From assembly GCF_009914755.1 (NCBI RefSeq), contig NC_060926.1: a DNA stretch of 64,000 nt, one strand, 5' to 3'. How positions within the stretch are numbered: position 1 is the stretch's first letter; each line of letters starts with the position of its first letter. The stretch is from the human T2T-CHM13v2.0 reference genome, Homo sapiens. Under the pieces are notes generated by a model. That model searched no databases. It saw only the letters and a program-made list of their open reading frames with translations, and was not told the origin of the DNA. Positions 45,316 through 60,830 of this stretch are shown here, piece after piece. The position numbers and the translations under genes are program-made.

Positions 45316-45784
45316 GTAGTACTGGCATCCCAGCCTCCATGGAGAAGCGAGGCTGCTGTTCCAGTCAGCGGTCCTCCAGGGACAGGAGGCCTGGCTCCTG
45401 GGTTCCCAAGACTCAAGCACCAGCAGCAGCAGAAAGAGGTGGGGAGAAGAGGAGGAGGAGGAGGAGGCTGGCTACCCCTCTGTTTAGGGCACACACATAC
45501 CTTGCCGATTAGCAACGATGGGAAAGGAAACACACAGTGAGGGCCCTTGACAGCTTAATGGGATTTTAGAAAAATACACATCCATATTTTTAAACTTTTT
45601 TTTCCATTCGAACATTTTTAGCTTCCAGCTCTGAACTGAAATAGCAACTGTCTTAGATAATTCTTCATCCTTAGGCTCCCACATTTGGAAAAGGTCTCAG
45701 CCTAGCCGGGGGAAAAGAGAGACAGAGAGAGGATATACAAGCTTAGCACATAGATAATACATCTGGCACATAGATAACAGATGC

Positions 45785-45839
45785 TGAATGGATGGATAAA
45801 TGGATGGATGGATGGATGGATGGATGGACGGATAAATGG

Positions 45840-45870
<31 letters not shown>

Positions 45871-45990
45871 CATGGATGGATAAATGGATGGATGGATGGA
45901 TGGATGGATGGTTGGATGGATGGATGGATGGATAAATGGATGGATGGATGGATGCATGGATGGATAAATGGATGCATGAGTGAATGGGTA
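45785..45990 (+). repeat. (GGAT)n tetranucleotide repeat with ggataaat/gcat interruptions
   Basis: ~200 bp of tgga units. Confidence 0.97.
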
Positions 45991-46277
45991 GATAGGCAAG
46001 AGAAGGAATATGGTGGGAAAGAAAGAAAACATGTTCACCCATGAAATTCTCCTGAGAATTATACACCCTTCTGGAAAGATATACTTACACTTTTCGCCAC
46101 TAACCAAACCCAGAGTCATAGTTAATGGACTGACAGCCTTCCTGTAGCTTCCAGGGCCTGGCTTTCTAGAAGTGGTTTTAGCCAAACCTGTAGCAATGTG
46201 GCACTGACAATTCAGTTCCCATCTACCAGCCCCATTTCCAGTTGCTTCTTGTGTCTTCTGTCTACTCTGGACCACTC

Positions 46278-46757
46278 ACATTTCCTCTATGCATACTGTG
46301 GCAGAACCCATGGCTTGACTTGATGAACACTCATTCCAGTCCCCTTCCATATTACCTTCCTCTGCTGCAAAGGGTGAAAAGAGAAATACCCCAATTCCCA
46401 CTCTCCCCTGCAGGTAAGGTACCAAGTGACATCACTCTGATGGGTTTGAGGCAGGCAGAAGTCCAAGAGACAGGCTTCCCACCAAAATAAATGGGCAAAA
46501 CTTTGTCCATCATTTCCCCCTTCTTCCTGCCTGGAACTCTGACATAATGTTTGCAGGTGCAGCAACCATCATGTGATGAAGACAACAAAAGCCTTGATCC
46601 AAGATGTCAGAGCAAGAGGATACAAAGAGTCTCCCAGCCCTGGGCTCTTTCCTTCTGGTCTCCCAGTTAAATGAGAAAGATGAGCCCCTTACTTATTTAA
46701 GCCACTAGGTTAGAGTTTTCTGCTACTACCTGCTAAATACAATCTTAACTGATACAC
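46278..46757 (+). mobile_element. MLT1J-like MaLR LTR
   Basis: tgtggcaga...ttcttcctgcctggaa...gcagcaaccatcatgtga...tttaagccact...taactgataca. Confidence 0.7.
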
Positions 46758-46760
46758 AGG

Positions 46761-47231
46761 TGTGAACAAGAGTTCTCTGAAAAGGAATTTGGAGGAAAGA
46801 GACTTCATTCCAGTGAACAGGTGGCAAACCTGAGAGATGCAGCAGCCCATGTAAGACCAAGGTACATTCCAGAGAACAAAGGAAGGGTTCCGGTTTCACA
46901 GCAAATTTCCCACCCAGGTTCCCAATCAGGTCCGTTTATACAAATGAAGGACTGACACTCGCTTAGTTCTGACTGGTCAGTACGACTGAATTTTAATTGT
47001 TCCATACAGCTAAACCCCGATTGATCAAGGCAGGTGGGCTCTGATTGATTGGTTCAGGTGAGATTTGTCAGTCCCCACATCGAACAGAGGTATGGGTTTT
47101 GGGGAAACTCCGAGTATGTGTGTGACCTCTAGTTATCCAGTAGCCATTTTGCTCTGTTTGAATTTAGGCCCAGTTAGCCATTGGGGATCCATCTTGAAAT
47201 ATTGGCTCTTTCAGGTTCACATTTGTTCACA
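46761..47231 (-). mobile_element. ERV1 solo LTR (MER67-like)
   Basis: Inverted termini tgtgaacaa/ttgttcaca; minus strand tgtgaacctgaaagagccaat...caagatggatcccc...ctaactgggcctaaatt; several CCAAT-like boxes. Confidence 0.6.
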
Positions 47232-48211
47232 AAGTCATGCATTTTAGGGCTTCATACCTTTGTCTGTGTGACTCCCCCTGCCTGAAATGCCATTCCCTGC
47301 CTTTCCTCACTAAAGTGCAGACACTAAACACATATTTTAAATGTAGAATTAAATTGGAAGTGCTGTGAAGTAGAACTGAGCAATACTTTCTTTTAAATGC
47401 AACTCCCCCCAACCCTACCCAGAATCTTTAATTTCTTCCTATCTTGGGAGTGCCATCCACTTTGTCTAAAGAAATGCTCCCGTCACCCCAATCTTGAACA
47501 AATTTTGGTTTGCGCTTGCTTCCTCTTTGAACTATCAATTTTCTCTACCCTTACACTCTCAGAAACTGTACTCGGTTTTTCTCCTAAAGGGAATATGGTG
47601 AAAGGTCAGGGGAGTCACACAAGCTGGGATCAAATCTGACCTCCACTACCTCCATGGGTAGCATGAGAATAATCATTTCCATTTCACAGAGTTGTAGGGA
47701 GAATTAAGCTTGGTAATGCATTTGAAGTGCATGACACAGTGTGGAACTTAAATGCTAGTCCCCTCAGCCTTCTAATGGCTTTTGTTTCCTTCCTTCTTTC
47801 CTCCCTTCCTTCCTTCCTTTTTTCTTCTTTTTTTCTTTCAGCACCATTTATTAAGTGCATTCTAGGCACTGGGCTAGTTCAAGAGATTCCAAGTTGAATG
47901 AAGCATGACTCATTCCCCCGCTTCTTTCCCTCCTCAATGTGATCTCAAGGTTTAATCCTCACTCACATTTTGTGCTTTCAGTGCTTTGTTTCTCAAAGAT
48001 CTCATCCACTTTCACAGCTTCAAGCTCCAACTCCTAGTGAATCAATCCCTCCCGAACTTGAAAAACTAGGGCTGACTTTTCTCTTAGATGTCATGCCCCA
48101 TTCCCAACTCCCCGGATACCTCTGTCCCTGGAGGTCCTGCAGTCAGCTGTACTCTTTCTTTCAAAGCAAGAAAACACTTGTTAAATATATTTATTTGTCC
48201 AAAATCCCTGA

Positions 48212-48631
<420 letters not shown>

Positions 48632-49336
48632 TGAATGAACCAGTGCAATGGAGTCTCTTGTCAATATTGAAAACCTTGGCTCCCAGGGAGAAGGAAGACA
48701 GAAAATAGGTACAGCTGAGCCCACATTGACAACCTTAGCAGCCTGTGTGGGGAATTCTGGGCTGCAGACTTCTGAGAGTGTTTTTCTTATGCAGAGGGAC
48801 CACATTTGTCCCTTCCCCTGGGGATGAGCCTTAGGCCTTGGCTTTGCCCAAAAGCCCCTCCCCTGCATCTCCACTTGGATATTCCCTGAATGCTTAGTTA
48901 GCTCCAATCAGTCCCAGTTCTCTGCAGCCATAACCCTGGGGGCCCCACCAAGCACAAAATGGGGGCTTTCTGCAAAAAGCCACCACCCATCCCCTGGCCC
49001 TTCTCTCTTCTCAGAGCACTGCCATGCCACCAGTCGGGCCCTTTGCTCAGCTCTCCAGCTGACCCACAGCAAAAGGGCAGAAGGCAGAGGGCAGAGGGCA
49101 GAAAATAACTCATGAGAACCAAAAACAAAACCCCATTGGAACCACAAATGGAAATGGCTTGGGGAAAAAGGGTCCTGGGATGCTTGGGCTATTAATAAAG
49201 AGTGTGTGCCTCAGCCCTCTTCTCCCAGGGCACAGGCCTGACCAGCTCATGGCTGGGGACGTTTATTCTTGGGAAGTCCCCAGCTTGCCAGATAAAATGT
49301 GCCCTAGAACCCATTCACTCCGGAAGCCCCCCCCCC

Positions 49337-49337
<1 letters not shown>

Positions 49338-49379
<42 letters not shown>

Positions 49380-49388
49380 GCACACACA
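49338..49388 (+). repeat. (CA)n microsatellite
   Basis: ~20 CA units after a C-run. Confidence 0.95.
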
Positions 49389-50276
49389 ATTTTTGCCTAT
49401 CGAGTCTTCTAGGTGCTGCCTTACCTTTAATCCCTGTAAGGGAATAAGTAAGAACAAATGGTAGTTGAGGTCCAAGTGTTCCTGGTTATGAGGGGTTCAG
49501 ACTCCTAAGACCTGGTCTTAGCCTCACTTGGTTGGAAGTAACGATGTCTTTGTACTTACCCTCTACAATCCTGGGAAGATGGAACCACCAGGACTTGTTC
49601 TCTACACCGGTCAGGGACAGACAGACACATAAACTTGCCCCAGATTGATAGGGAAAATTCCCTAGAGCTTTCATCTCCTAAAGTTGTCTGCCTTCTTCAG
49701 CTTGAGTAATTTTGGTAGCCAATGGATTTGTAATTTCCATGCCTTACTCGCATTTCCTACCACTTTTCCCTTCTTTACTGTCCCAGGATTGTGAAGAACC
49801 CTAGAGAATACTCGGGTATGGGATACGCCAGAAGAGCTAGCCCTTCCCAGCTCACATCTTGGAAAACAGCGTGTGAACCAATTAGCACCTCTCAGCCATG
49901 AAGAAAACGTTGAGTCACAGCCTTGTACATGAGGTTCTCAGAGTGAGATGGGACCACATAGGGCCAACCTGCCCAGCCCCTGCCTGCAGGCGGAGAAGGC
50001 GTCATGCCCGTTGCACTGATGAGGCTACTGAGACAAAAGAGCCTCCATCTGGAGCAAAGCTAAGCTGGTCTGCACATCTGCTGGGTCCAGCTGCTTCCTG
50101 AGGGTGTCACAGCCTTGGGGTTTCTCCTGGCTCTTCACTCCCTGATACCCTCTGAGCCAACCTGGTGCGGGGGGAACAAAGGCACAGGATCCCGACCATC
50201 CCAAGAGCATTTAGCTTGGTTAGGGCCCCCAGGATAAGCTGCTCTCAATTTGATTCAGGAAGAGCATGTGTGTGTG

Positions 50277-50611
50277 GTTTGGTTTGGTTTGGTTTTTTAG
50301 AGACAGGGTCCGACTCTGTCGCCCAGGCTGGAGTGCAGTGGTGCCATCATAGCTCACTGTTACCTCGAGGTAACAGTGGTAACTCCTGGGCTCGAGATTC
50401 TCCTGCCTCAGCCCTCCAGAGTAGCTAGGACTACAGGTGCATACTCCCATGTCCTGCTAATTTTTTATTTTTTTGTAGAAACTAAGTCTCTCTGTTGCCC
50501 AGACTGGTCTCAAAATCCTGGCCTCAAGCAATCCTCTCCCCTCAGCCTCCAATCCTCCAATCCTCAATCCCAAAGTGATAGGATTATAGGCGTGAGCCAC
50601 CACACCTTGCC
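50277..50611 (-). mobile_element. AluJ with internal palindrome and microduplication
   Basis: (TTTGG)n tail and J-type body; cactgttacctcgaggtaacagtg; cctccaatcctccaatcctcaatccc. Confidence 0.88.
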
Positions 50612-51205
50612 ATGTGTGTTTTTATTAGCACTGGCATGGAGATTAAGTTCCATCCAGACCACCGCTGTGCAGTGTGGGAGGCAGTGTGGCATAGTAGGAA
50701 CTGTGCTAGACTGGCCTGGGTGTCAGTTTCTATTCTTCCCTTTGCAAGTTACACAGGTGACCTTGGACCACTTACAAACTTCTGGAGCCCCAGTTTCCTG
50801 ATCTGTGTGATGTGGGCTATAATGACTCCTCAAGGGTTTGTTGGGCAAGTTTCTTGAAAACTCCTAAGTGCCACGCAGATATTACTGTGAAGCTCTTTGT
50901 GTCTTTGCTAGCCAAGCAGAAGACAGCAGCAACCACTCTGCTTTGTACATAGATGTTTGTTCTTCTCACTATGGAGCCCCCAGCATCTAGCACAGCTCTG
51001 AGTACACAGTAGGCATAGAAAACTATTTGTTAAATAAATGAACAGTGTCATGGACTGAATGCTTGTGTCTGCCCTCCAAATTCACACGCTGAAATTTTAA
51101 CCCCAAGGTGATGGTATTAGGAGGGGAGACTTTGGGAGGTAATTAGGTCATGAAGGTGGAACCCAAGGGAATGGAATTAGTACCCTTATAAAATATGAGA
51201 CCCCA

Positions 51206-51920
<715 letters not shown>

Positions 51921-53425
51921 ACCTCAGAGAGTTCTCTCACGCTCTTTCTGTCATGTAAGCACACAGTGAGAAGCTAGTCATCTGCAACCAGGAAACAAAC
52001 CCTCACCAGAACAGGACCATGCTGGCACCCTGATCTCAGACTTCCAGCCTCCACAACTCTGAAAAATAAATGTCTGTTGTTGATAAGCCACCCAGGCTAT
52101 TTACTGGTGCTTTGTTATAGCAGCCCAAACTAAGACAGTGAGCTCATATCAACCTGTTGTTTTAGTAGGCAAATGCCATCAACATAGCCCCTTTGTTTAA
52201 AGCTGATGTTTTATCTTAGTATTAGGTGAGCATCTGTGGCCTGGCGTGTAAGAAGATTTCAGCTTTGGTTCAGGGCTTGCTGGCTACTTAGATCAGAAAT
52301 ATCAGACCAGGCTGCTTGGTATAGGATTAGTCCAAGCCACCTGTGGTGTGAGTGCCACTGGGGATCAATGTGGGCACCTGTCATGCCCCATCACAACAGA
52401 CATCATAACAGAAGCACCTTGGCTGAGTAAGCCAGGAGTCCCCAGTGGTGGGCACAGCCACAGTACCGTGCATGTTTATAAGGTGCCAGACGTACTGCAT
52501 CATTTGTCTTGTTCAATGCACACAGTGCTCTATTAAGTGGGTGCTTTTTTTGATCCTTGTATTTCAGGCAAGGACACTGAGCCTTAAAGAGGTTATTTGC
52601 TGAAGGTCACCCTGTTATTAAGTAGAAGAGCTAGGATTTGGAGTTTAGACTCTTTGACTCAATTCTTTAACTGCTGTGACTACCATGAACCACATTGCAG
52701 AGCAAAGAACCAGTCACAGAATCACAGATTGCACTAGATGGACTCAGTCCAGACACCTCATTTTGTGCATGCGGCCGAGAGCCATCCACAGATTGGGGGC
52801 CACACAGGGCCTAGAACCCAGGCCCCTGTAGTTAAAGTCCATGCTGTCTGCAGCCCCGTCCACTCCTCTGTTCTGGCTGCTACGTTCCCACCACCCACCT
52901 TCCCACTGCCCCAAGGTCCTTTCCAAGGCAGGAAACTTACTTCTAGAAGGAACTGAGATTTAACATGGTCCCACACACACCACCATTTCTGCTGGAGACT
53001 GAACAGATGATTCATTCACACCACAAGGAAGTGCAACACCAATAATTTAATGAATGGATTGCTGTGGGAAGTGGTGAAAACTTTTAATCTTGAAAGTTTT
53101 AAAACGTAGGTATGTTTGCATGCATTGAAAACAATTGAGACCAAAGACGAAGTTTTGAGCTAGCTTCAGATTCAGGGTTTTAGGCCCTATGCCCTCTTTC
53201 CATAACAAATATTTCATAACATCCCCCCGTATTATCCTGAAACAAAATTTATAAAAATATAAACTACTTACACATATAATTTTAAAAAGCAATAATGAGT
53301 TAATAATAATTTAAACAGATAAAGAAAAAAATTATATATACATGTATGTGTGTATACATATATAATATATATTATGTATTCAGTGTGTAAATGTCTAACC
53401 ACCATTACACTAAAAGATGCAATGA

Positions 53426-53832
<407 letters not shown>

Positions 53833-54079
53833 TCAGTGGCGTAATTTTTCTAAACAATAAACAACTGTTATTTACTGAAGTATGGAATGAAATATAAAGT
53901 ACTGTTTTTCCTCAATATTTACAGTAGTTGTATTCATGGAATATTCGATATATATTAAAACCATGCAAAAATACTTTGGGGTTTTATGTAATATGGAGTT
54001 AGAGCTTAAAAGATCAGAAAATTATAACCAGAGTTTTTCAATACATGAATGTCTGGAGAAACATTGGAAAGATGGGTGA

Positions 54080-54742
<663 letters not shown>

Positions 54743-55119
54743 TAGAAATGGGAAAATAAAGCACATAGCTCCTCCCTTCCAACTCTGAGCATCCTGAGAA
54801 CAGGAGCTGTGAATTGTATTCATTTTTTTGACCTAGCATAGGCCCTTGCCAGGGGAGGATTCCCAAGTCTTTGCTGCATGTTGAGTGAAGGAAAGGCAGT
54901 AAGTTAGAGGCTGCAGCTCTGTTTGTATTTTGTCGTAGAGATAATAGAAATGAAAAGTGGGGTGTTTTTTTTTTTGAAACAATCTCTTGGTGATAGTTAT
55001 TAACCAAGAACACACTATAGCTCACGTCCCAAGAATGAAAGGGAAGCCAGAAATTGCTTCTGTGACTGGAAGTGGGTCAAGGAAACCAGGAAGGAGCCCT
55101 AAGGCAATCCCCCACTCCC

Positions 55120-55164
<45 letters not shown>
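55120..55164 (+). repeat. (CA)n microsatellite
   Basis: ~22 perfect AC units. Confidence 0.96.
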
Positions 55165-55171
<7 letters not shown>

Positions 55172-55722
55172 TCCTTCATTTCTCCTCAATCGACACAGAT
55201 TGTCCTCCATGGCTGAGGGAGGGGCACAGACCCACATTTTGCAGCTGTCTCCTGCCATTTACAGGTTTGAGGCCAAAGCCACTCCCCTTCCAGCCAAGAA
55301 GCGCTTACATGCTCCACAAACGGCAGCAACCAATCGCAGACTGGGTCAACCTTGAAATTTCAGGTAGAGGCTGTTCTGGCTACAGGGAAAAGAAAGTAAT
55401 ACTTGGATTATCTGCTGGGCTGAGCAACCCATGCTTCGGGCACCAGCCAAATGGGGGAGATACAAGATAAAATGTATGTTTGGAAAGATTGCTTTTTTTT
55501 TTTTTTAAGCATTAAGGTCGTCATCAAGAAAAAGGATCGAAATTCTGTGGCACTTTCTCACATTCTTTTATGATTTATTTCTGGTTTTATTTTGAACTAC
55601 CTATGCTGGGGGGTCAGGAGGGCCATAAGCCTTTTAGTGCTCATAGTGAAGTAGACCGTAGTGGCTAATAGTCCAGCCTTTGGGGCCAGACTGGCTGCTT
55701 CTTATTGTGTGACTTTGGGGAA

Positions 55723-56443
55723 TGTATTAGTCAGTTTTCATGCTGCTGCTGAAGACACACCTGAAACTGGAAAGAAAAAGAGGTTTAATTGGACTTACAG
55801 TTCCACATGGCCGGGGAGGCCTCAGAATCATGGCAGGAGGCAAAAGGCACTTCTTTCAAATATATGTATATATACATATTATTATTATTGTACTCTAAGT
55901 TCTGAGATACATGTGCAGAACATGCAGATTTGTTACATAGGTACACACGTGCCATGGTGATTCACTGCACCCATCAATTCATCATCTATATTAGGTATTT
56001 CTCCTAATGCTATCCCTTCCCTGGCCCCTGACCCCCCAACAGGCCCCGGTATGTGATGTTCCCCTCCCTGTGTCCATGTGTTCTCCTTGTTCAGCTCCCT
56101 CTTATGAGTGAGAACATGCAGTGTTTGGTTTTCTGTTCCTGTGTTAGTTTGCTGAGAATGATGGCTTCCAGCTTTATCCATGACCCTGCAAAGGACATGA
56201 ACTCATCAAAAGGCACTTCTTATATGGTGGTGGCAAGAGAAAAATGTGGAAGAAACATAAGCGGAAACCCCTGATAAAACCATCAGATCTCATGAGACTT
56301 ATTCACTATCACGAGAATAGCACAGGAAAGACCAGCCCCTGTGATTCAACTACCTCCCCCTAGGTCTCTCCCACAACACATGGGAATTCTGGGAGATACA
56401 ATTCAAGTTGAGATTTGGGTAGGGACATGGCTAAACCATATCA
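55723..56443 (-). mobile_element. THE1C-like solo LTR
   Basis: tgtattagtc...ttccacatggc...gagatttgggt...aaaccatatca; 5-bp TSD gggaa. Confidence 0.9.
55856..56206 (-). mobile_element. 5'-truncated L1PA (L1PA7-like) 3' end
   Basis: gatacatgtgcagaac...gatgttcccctccctgtgtccatg...caaaggacatgaactcat; 15-bp TSD caaaaggcacttctt at 55841 and 56207. Confidence 0.92.
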
Positions 56444-56536
56444 GGGAAGTTACTCCTCCTTTGTGATTCAGCTTCCCCATCTTTAAAATTGGATGATGAT
56501 TATAATACTTACTTCATAAGATTATTAAAAGGATTA

Positions 56537-56849
<313 letters not shown>

Positions 56850-57344
56850 TTAATATGTATTAAAAAACATATAGAACAGTATTAAGCATGTTGTAAATGC
56901 CTTCTAAACATTTGCTACTATTAATGATAATATTATTACTGTTACTGTCAATAAAGATCTTATTCTGGCCCTAGGACAAAGATGGGAGCAACGGCATAGC
57001 TATGTGCTCCCAGACCTGTGAGGGAGTCAGCTGCTCAGGGGTTTCTGAATTCTGTGTGGGGAGAGTTGAGAAGGAAAAAACAAGAGAGTTTCTGGGTGTG
57101 GGGAGTTTAAGAACACTGGTTTATACCAAGTGCCTGCTTCTCCTCTTCCAGGGTCTCCATCTTGGCCACTGAAAGTGTTTGTAGGCTAGAAAAGTAATTA
57201 GAGGACTCTGATTCCAGGGAAGATAGGTCAGAGGTGGCATCCCCCACTGCTAGGGGAGATGTAGGAAGGGGATGTAAGAAGGTCGCTCAGTGACTGTGAC
57301 TGAGCTGACTGAGAACATCATCCATGTGGCTGTGAGTTCCCATG

Positions 57345-58620
57345 CAAGCATGTGTGTGTGTCCAAATGTGTGTATATGTCTGTGTGTGAATGTGTGCATG
57401 TGTCCTTGTGTGTGCATGTGTTTGTGTGTGTGAATGTGTCATGTGTTTGTGTATGTGTACATGTCTCTGTGTGCACATGTGTTTATGTATGCATGTGCCC
57501 ATGTGTGCATGTGTGTCCGTGTGTGTGCATGCATCTATGCATATGCACATGTTTGTATGTCTATGTGTGCATGTGTGTCCGTGTGTGTGCATGCATCTAT
57601 GCATATGCACATGTTTGTATGTCTATGTGTGTATGTGTCCGTGTGTGTGTTTGTGTGTCTCCATGTATGTCTGTGCACATGCACGTGTCTGTGTGTGCAT
57701 GCCTGTGTGTCTGTGTACGTGCATGTTCTGTATGCATGTGTTCAAGTGTGTCTATGTCCATGTGTGCCCATCTGATATGGTTTGGCTGTGTTGCCACCCA
57801 AATCTCATCTTGAATTATAGCTCCCATAATTTCCACATGTCATGGGAGGGACCTGGTGGGAGGAAATTGAATCTTGGGGGCGGGTCTTTCCCATGCTGTT
57901 CTCGTGATAGTGAATAAGTCTCATGAGATCTAATGGCTTTATAAAGGGGAGTTCCCCTGCACACGCTCTCTTTCCTGCCGCCATGTAAGAGGTGTCTTTG
58001 CTCCTCCTTTGCCTTCCACCATGATTGCGAGGCCTCCCCAGCCATGTGGAACTGTGAGTCCACCAAACCTCTTTTTCTTTATAAATTACCCAGTCTCGGG
58101 TATGTCTTTATCAGCAGCATGAGAATGGACTAATGCACCATGCGTGTGCATGTTTGTGTGTGTATGTGTGTCTCTGTGCTTGTGTCCATGTGTGTCCGTG
58201 TGTGTGCATGTGTTTGTGTGTGTCCGTGTGTCTCTGTGCTTGTGTCCATGTGTGTCCGTGTGTGTGCATGTGTTTGTGTGTGTCCGTGTGTGTGCATGTG
58301 CTTGTGTGTCCATGTGTGTGCATGTGTTTGTGTGTGTCTGTGTGTGTGCATGTGTTTGTGTGTCTGTGTGTGCATGTGTTTTACATCCATGTGCATGTGT
58401 TCATGTGTCCATGTGTGCATGCATCTGTGTGTCCATGCGTACCCATGTTTGTGTGTCCATGTGTGCATATGTTCATTTGTGTGCATGTGTGTCTGTGTGT
58501 GCATGTTTTTGTATCCATATGTGTGCTCGTGTGTGTGCCTGTGCATGTGTCTGTGTGTGTGTGCCTGTGCATGTGTGCATGTTTGTGAATGTGTGTGTAT
58601 CCATGTGTGCATGCATGTCC
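57345..58620 (+). repeat. Degenerate (TG)n/(TGCA)-rich alternating purine-pyrimidine tract, split by THE1B
   Basis: ~900 bp in two blocks, with internal 62-bp (57501-57631) and 60-bp (58166-58291) tandem duplications. Confidence 0.93.
57773..58137 (+). mobile_element. THE1B-like solo LTR
   Basis: tgatatggtttggctgtg...ggagttcccctgcac...ggactaatgca; TSD ccatc/ccatg. Confidence 0.9.
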
Positions 58621-58869
58621 CCATGGGCCTGTCACAGCATTCCTGAGGTGACAGACTTCAGGACAGATTTCAGGGCCACTTCACCCACAGTGGCCACTGA
58701 GCACCATATCTCTTTGGTTTTAAGGAACAAACATAAACTTTGGGTCCTCCCAGACCATAATGACTTTATTCTTACTTCCTGGCCTCATTCAGGAATACCT
58801 TGGAGAACTGGGTCATCTATTCAACTGGTCAGGAGAACCACCATGATCAGGTACCACACAAGGGCACTA

Positions 58870-59130
58870 AGATGTTGACATTTATTAAGATCATGCTCTG
58901 TGCCAGGCCCTTTCACTCTTCACGGTAATCTTATGAGGTGATCTCATTGAAGAATGGAAATTCTTCCCCAGGAATTTCAGGGGTAGGTATCCTATTTTTA
59001 TCATTCCAGGGGAGAAAATGGAGGCACAGAAATTTAATAACTTGCCCACATGTACTCATCTTGTGACAGAGTTGGAATTTGGACTCAGGCAGTCTGGCTC
59101 CAAAGTCCAGAGTTCATGGTCTCAACCCCC
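58870..59130 (-). mobile_element. MIR with ~45-bp insertion
   Basis: tgtgccaggc...gaggcacaga...aacttgccca...ggactcaggcagtctggctccaaagtcc. Confidence 0.7.
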
Positions 59131-59953
59131 AATCTCTACTGCATGGCTTTGACCCTCTGAGCACTTGCGAGGTGAGAGGCTGGGGGTGAACAATTCACTA
59201 GGCTAACTCAAAGAGCCTTGACCTTGGGCAAACAATGTAGCAGAGGATCTCACAGGAAAACAACCAGGTTCACATCCTGGTCTGTTCTCTTTGCAGCTCC
59301 TACAGAGGATGCTGTCATTGTTCCTATTACAGTTTCTTCTAGACTCCGGCCCTCATTTAGGGTTTTACATTGGCCATTTCCTGCTGGAGGAGGAGGGGGA
59401 GTTTATTACAATCAACTCCACTGCAAAGCGGACTCTCCCCACCCACAGATTTCATAGCAAGAACCCCAGCCCTTCTTTGTCTGTGTCTGAGTTAATCTGG
59501 GAGGAGGGAAAGACCCAGGCCCTGCTCTGGCTGTGCGTTCAGCTCAGGCACTTGCTTTATGTTGTTTTCTAGAACTGACAGTGACAAGTGTGGAGACACC
59601 TATCCACTGAATCCCATGTGGTAAAGAAAGGGGCATGATGGGTAGGGAGTACAGCACAGACTCATCCTGTCTGCCACTGGGACCTGAGCTTAGCAAAGAG
59701 GTAGATCATGAGATAGGGGTGCCAGGAACTAGCCCCCAAAAGCGGAGCCTTACATAGAAGTGAGTCTTCTCTGTGAGGAGGAATTTCCTGTCTTCAGTGA
59801 GATCACTAGCACAATCACCAAGAAAAATTGCTTCCGTGGCCTTTGGGTCCTGCTGGCTTTTGCTTCCTAACCACCTTCCAGAAGCCCCCCGAGACTTTGG
59901 AGCAACTGACCTGCTTACTGGCTTTTCGTCCTACCCAGATGCCCCACTCCAAC

Positions 59954-60440
59954 TATATTAGCGAGGGTCTGGGTTGCAAGCAATAGAAACTGGCTCTAGT
60001 TAACTTAATCAGGAAAATAATTTATTGGAAAGGTCCTGGGCCACCCACAGGATAAACAGGAAGGCCGAAGAAAAAAGTACATGTAGAAGCTAAGGGTGGC
60101 AAAGGCCTAGGCGAGTCCTCATCACAGGAATTCAGCGTGGGAGGCTGCTACAGCCATCACTGCCCTACTGGACCCCATCACCTCTGGACACACTTACCCT
60201 GCCCCAAAACCCCAACTTCAGCACCACCGCCACCAACAATAACCTTGGATAGAGCCAAGAGTCTTTGTGTGGCCTCTCTAGAACAAAGTCCCAGGCAGGC
60301 ACCCACAGTTGGCTGTGCCTAAGTCCCTGCTAATGTTCTAGCCTGCCAGGCTGAGCAAAGGGGTGATCTATCCCCCACCTTTGGAATGACCTTGCTGCTC
60401 ATCTTTTCCGTTGTTTCCTCCCAGATAGAAAGGGCTTGGG
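59954..60440 (-). mobile_element. Old MaLR LTR (MLT1K/L/M-like)
   Basis: ggttgcaagcaatagaaactggctctagttaacttaa...atttattggaaagg. Confidence 0.45.
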
Positions 60441-60654
60441 GAGGCAGAGGATCTAAAAAGAACTTACCTTACCGCAGATTCTTCTGAAGGAGAGATTAAT
60501 TAGCTATGTTGGATGGAGAAAGGCAGCCCAAGTCTCTCCTTCAGCTTCTCTGTTACATAAATGGCTGTATTTCCATTTTAGCTAAACTAATTTAAGTATG
60601 GTCTTTGTCACTTGTAGCCCAAAGAATCCTGACCCTTACCACCATCTGCCTACC

Positions 60655-60830
60655 TAAGGTTCTCAACCAAGGATAGCATAGCCCCCAGGGGATCTTTGGA
60701 AACATGCAAAGTATTTGTTTGCCTTTCAATGATTGCTGTTGAAAGGTACTAATACCTGAGAGGTATAGCACCGTCAAACACAGCAAAGATAGCCCTTGCC
60801 AAATGCCAGTAGTGCTGCTGATGGGAAGCC
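60655..60830. mobile_element. MER20/Charlie-like fragment
   Basis: ggttctcaacc...cccccaggggatctttggaaacatg. Confidence 0.4.

Noticed and set aside
45697-46275. 192-aa ORF with HPSI repeats
   Set aside because: Translation of the (GGAT)n microsatellite
49904-49917. Exact 14-mer aaaacgttgagtca shared with 19881-19894
   Set aside because: Several 14-bp matches are expected by chance in 64 kb and the flanks do not align; only the AP-1 core is of note
58033-58045. PRDM9 hotspot 13-mer in THE1 LTRs
   Set aside because: The copies read cctccccagccat (THE1B), cctccccagccac (THE1D) and cctccccggccat (THE1C); all lack the T at position 7 of CCNCCNTNNCCNC
57287-58878. Cys/Val- and His/Thr-rich ORFs up to 244 aa
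   Set aside because: Translations of TG/CA simple repeats that lack stop codons
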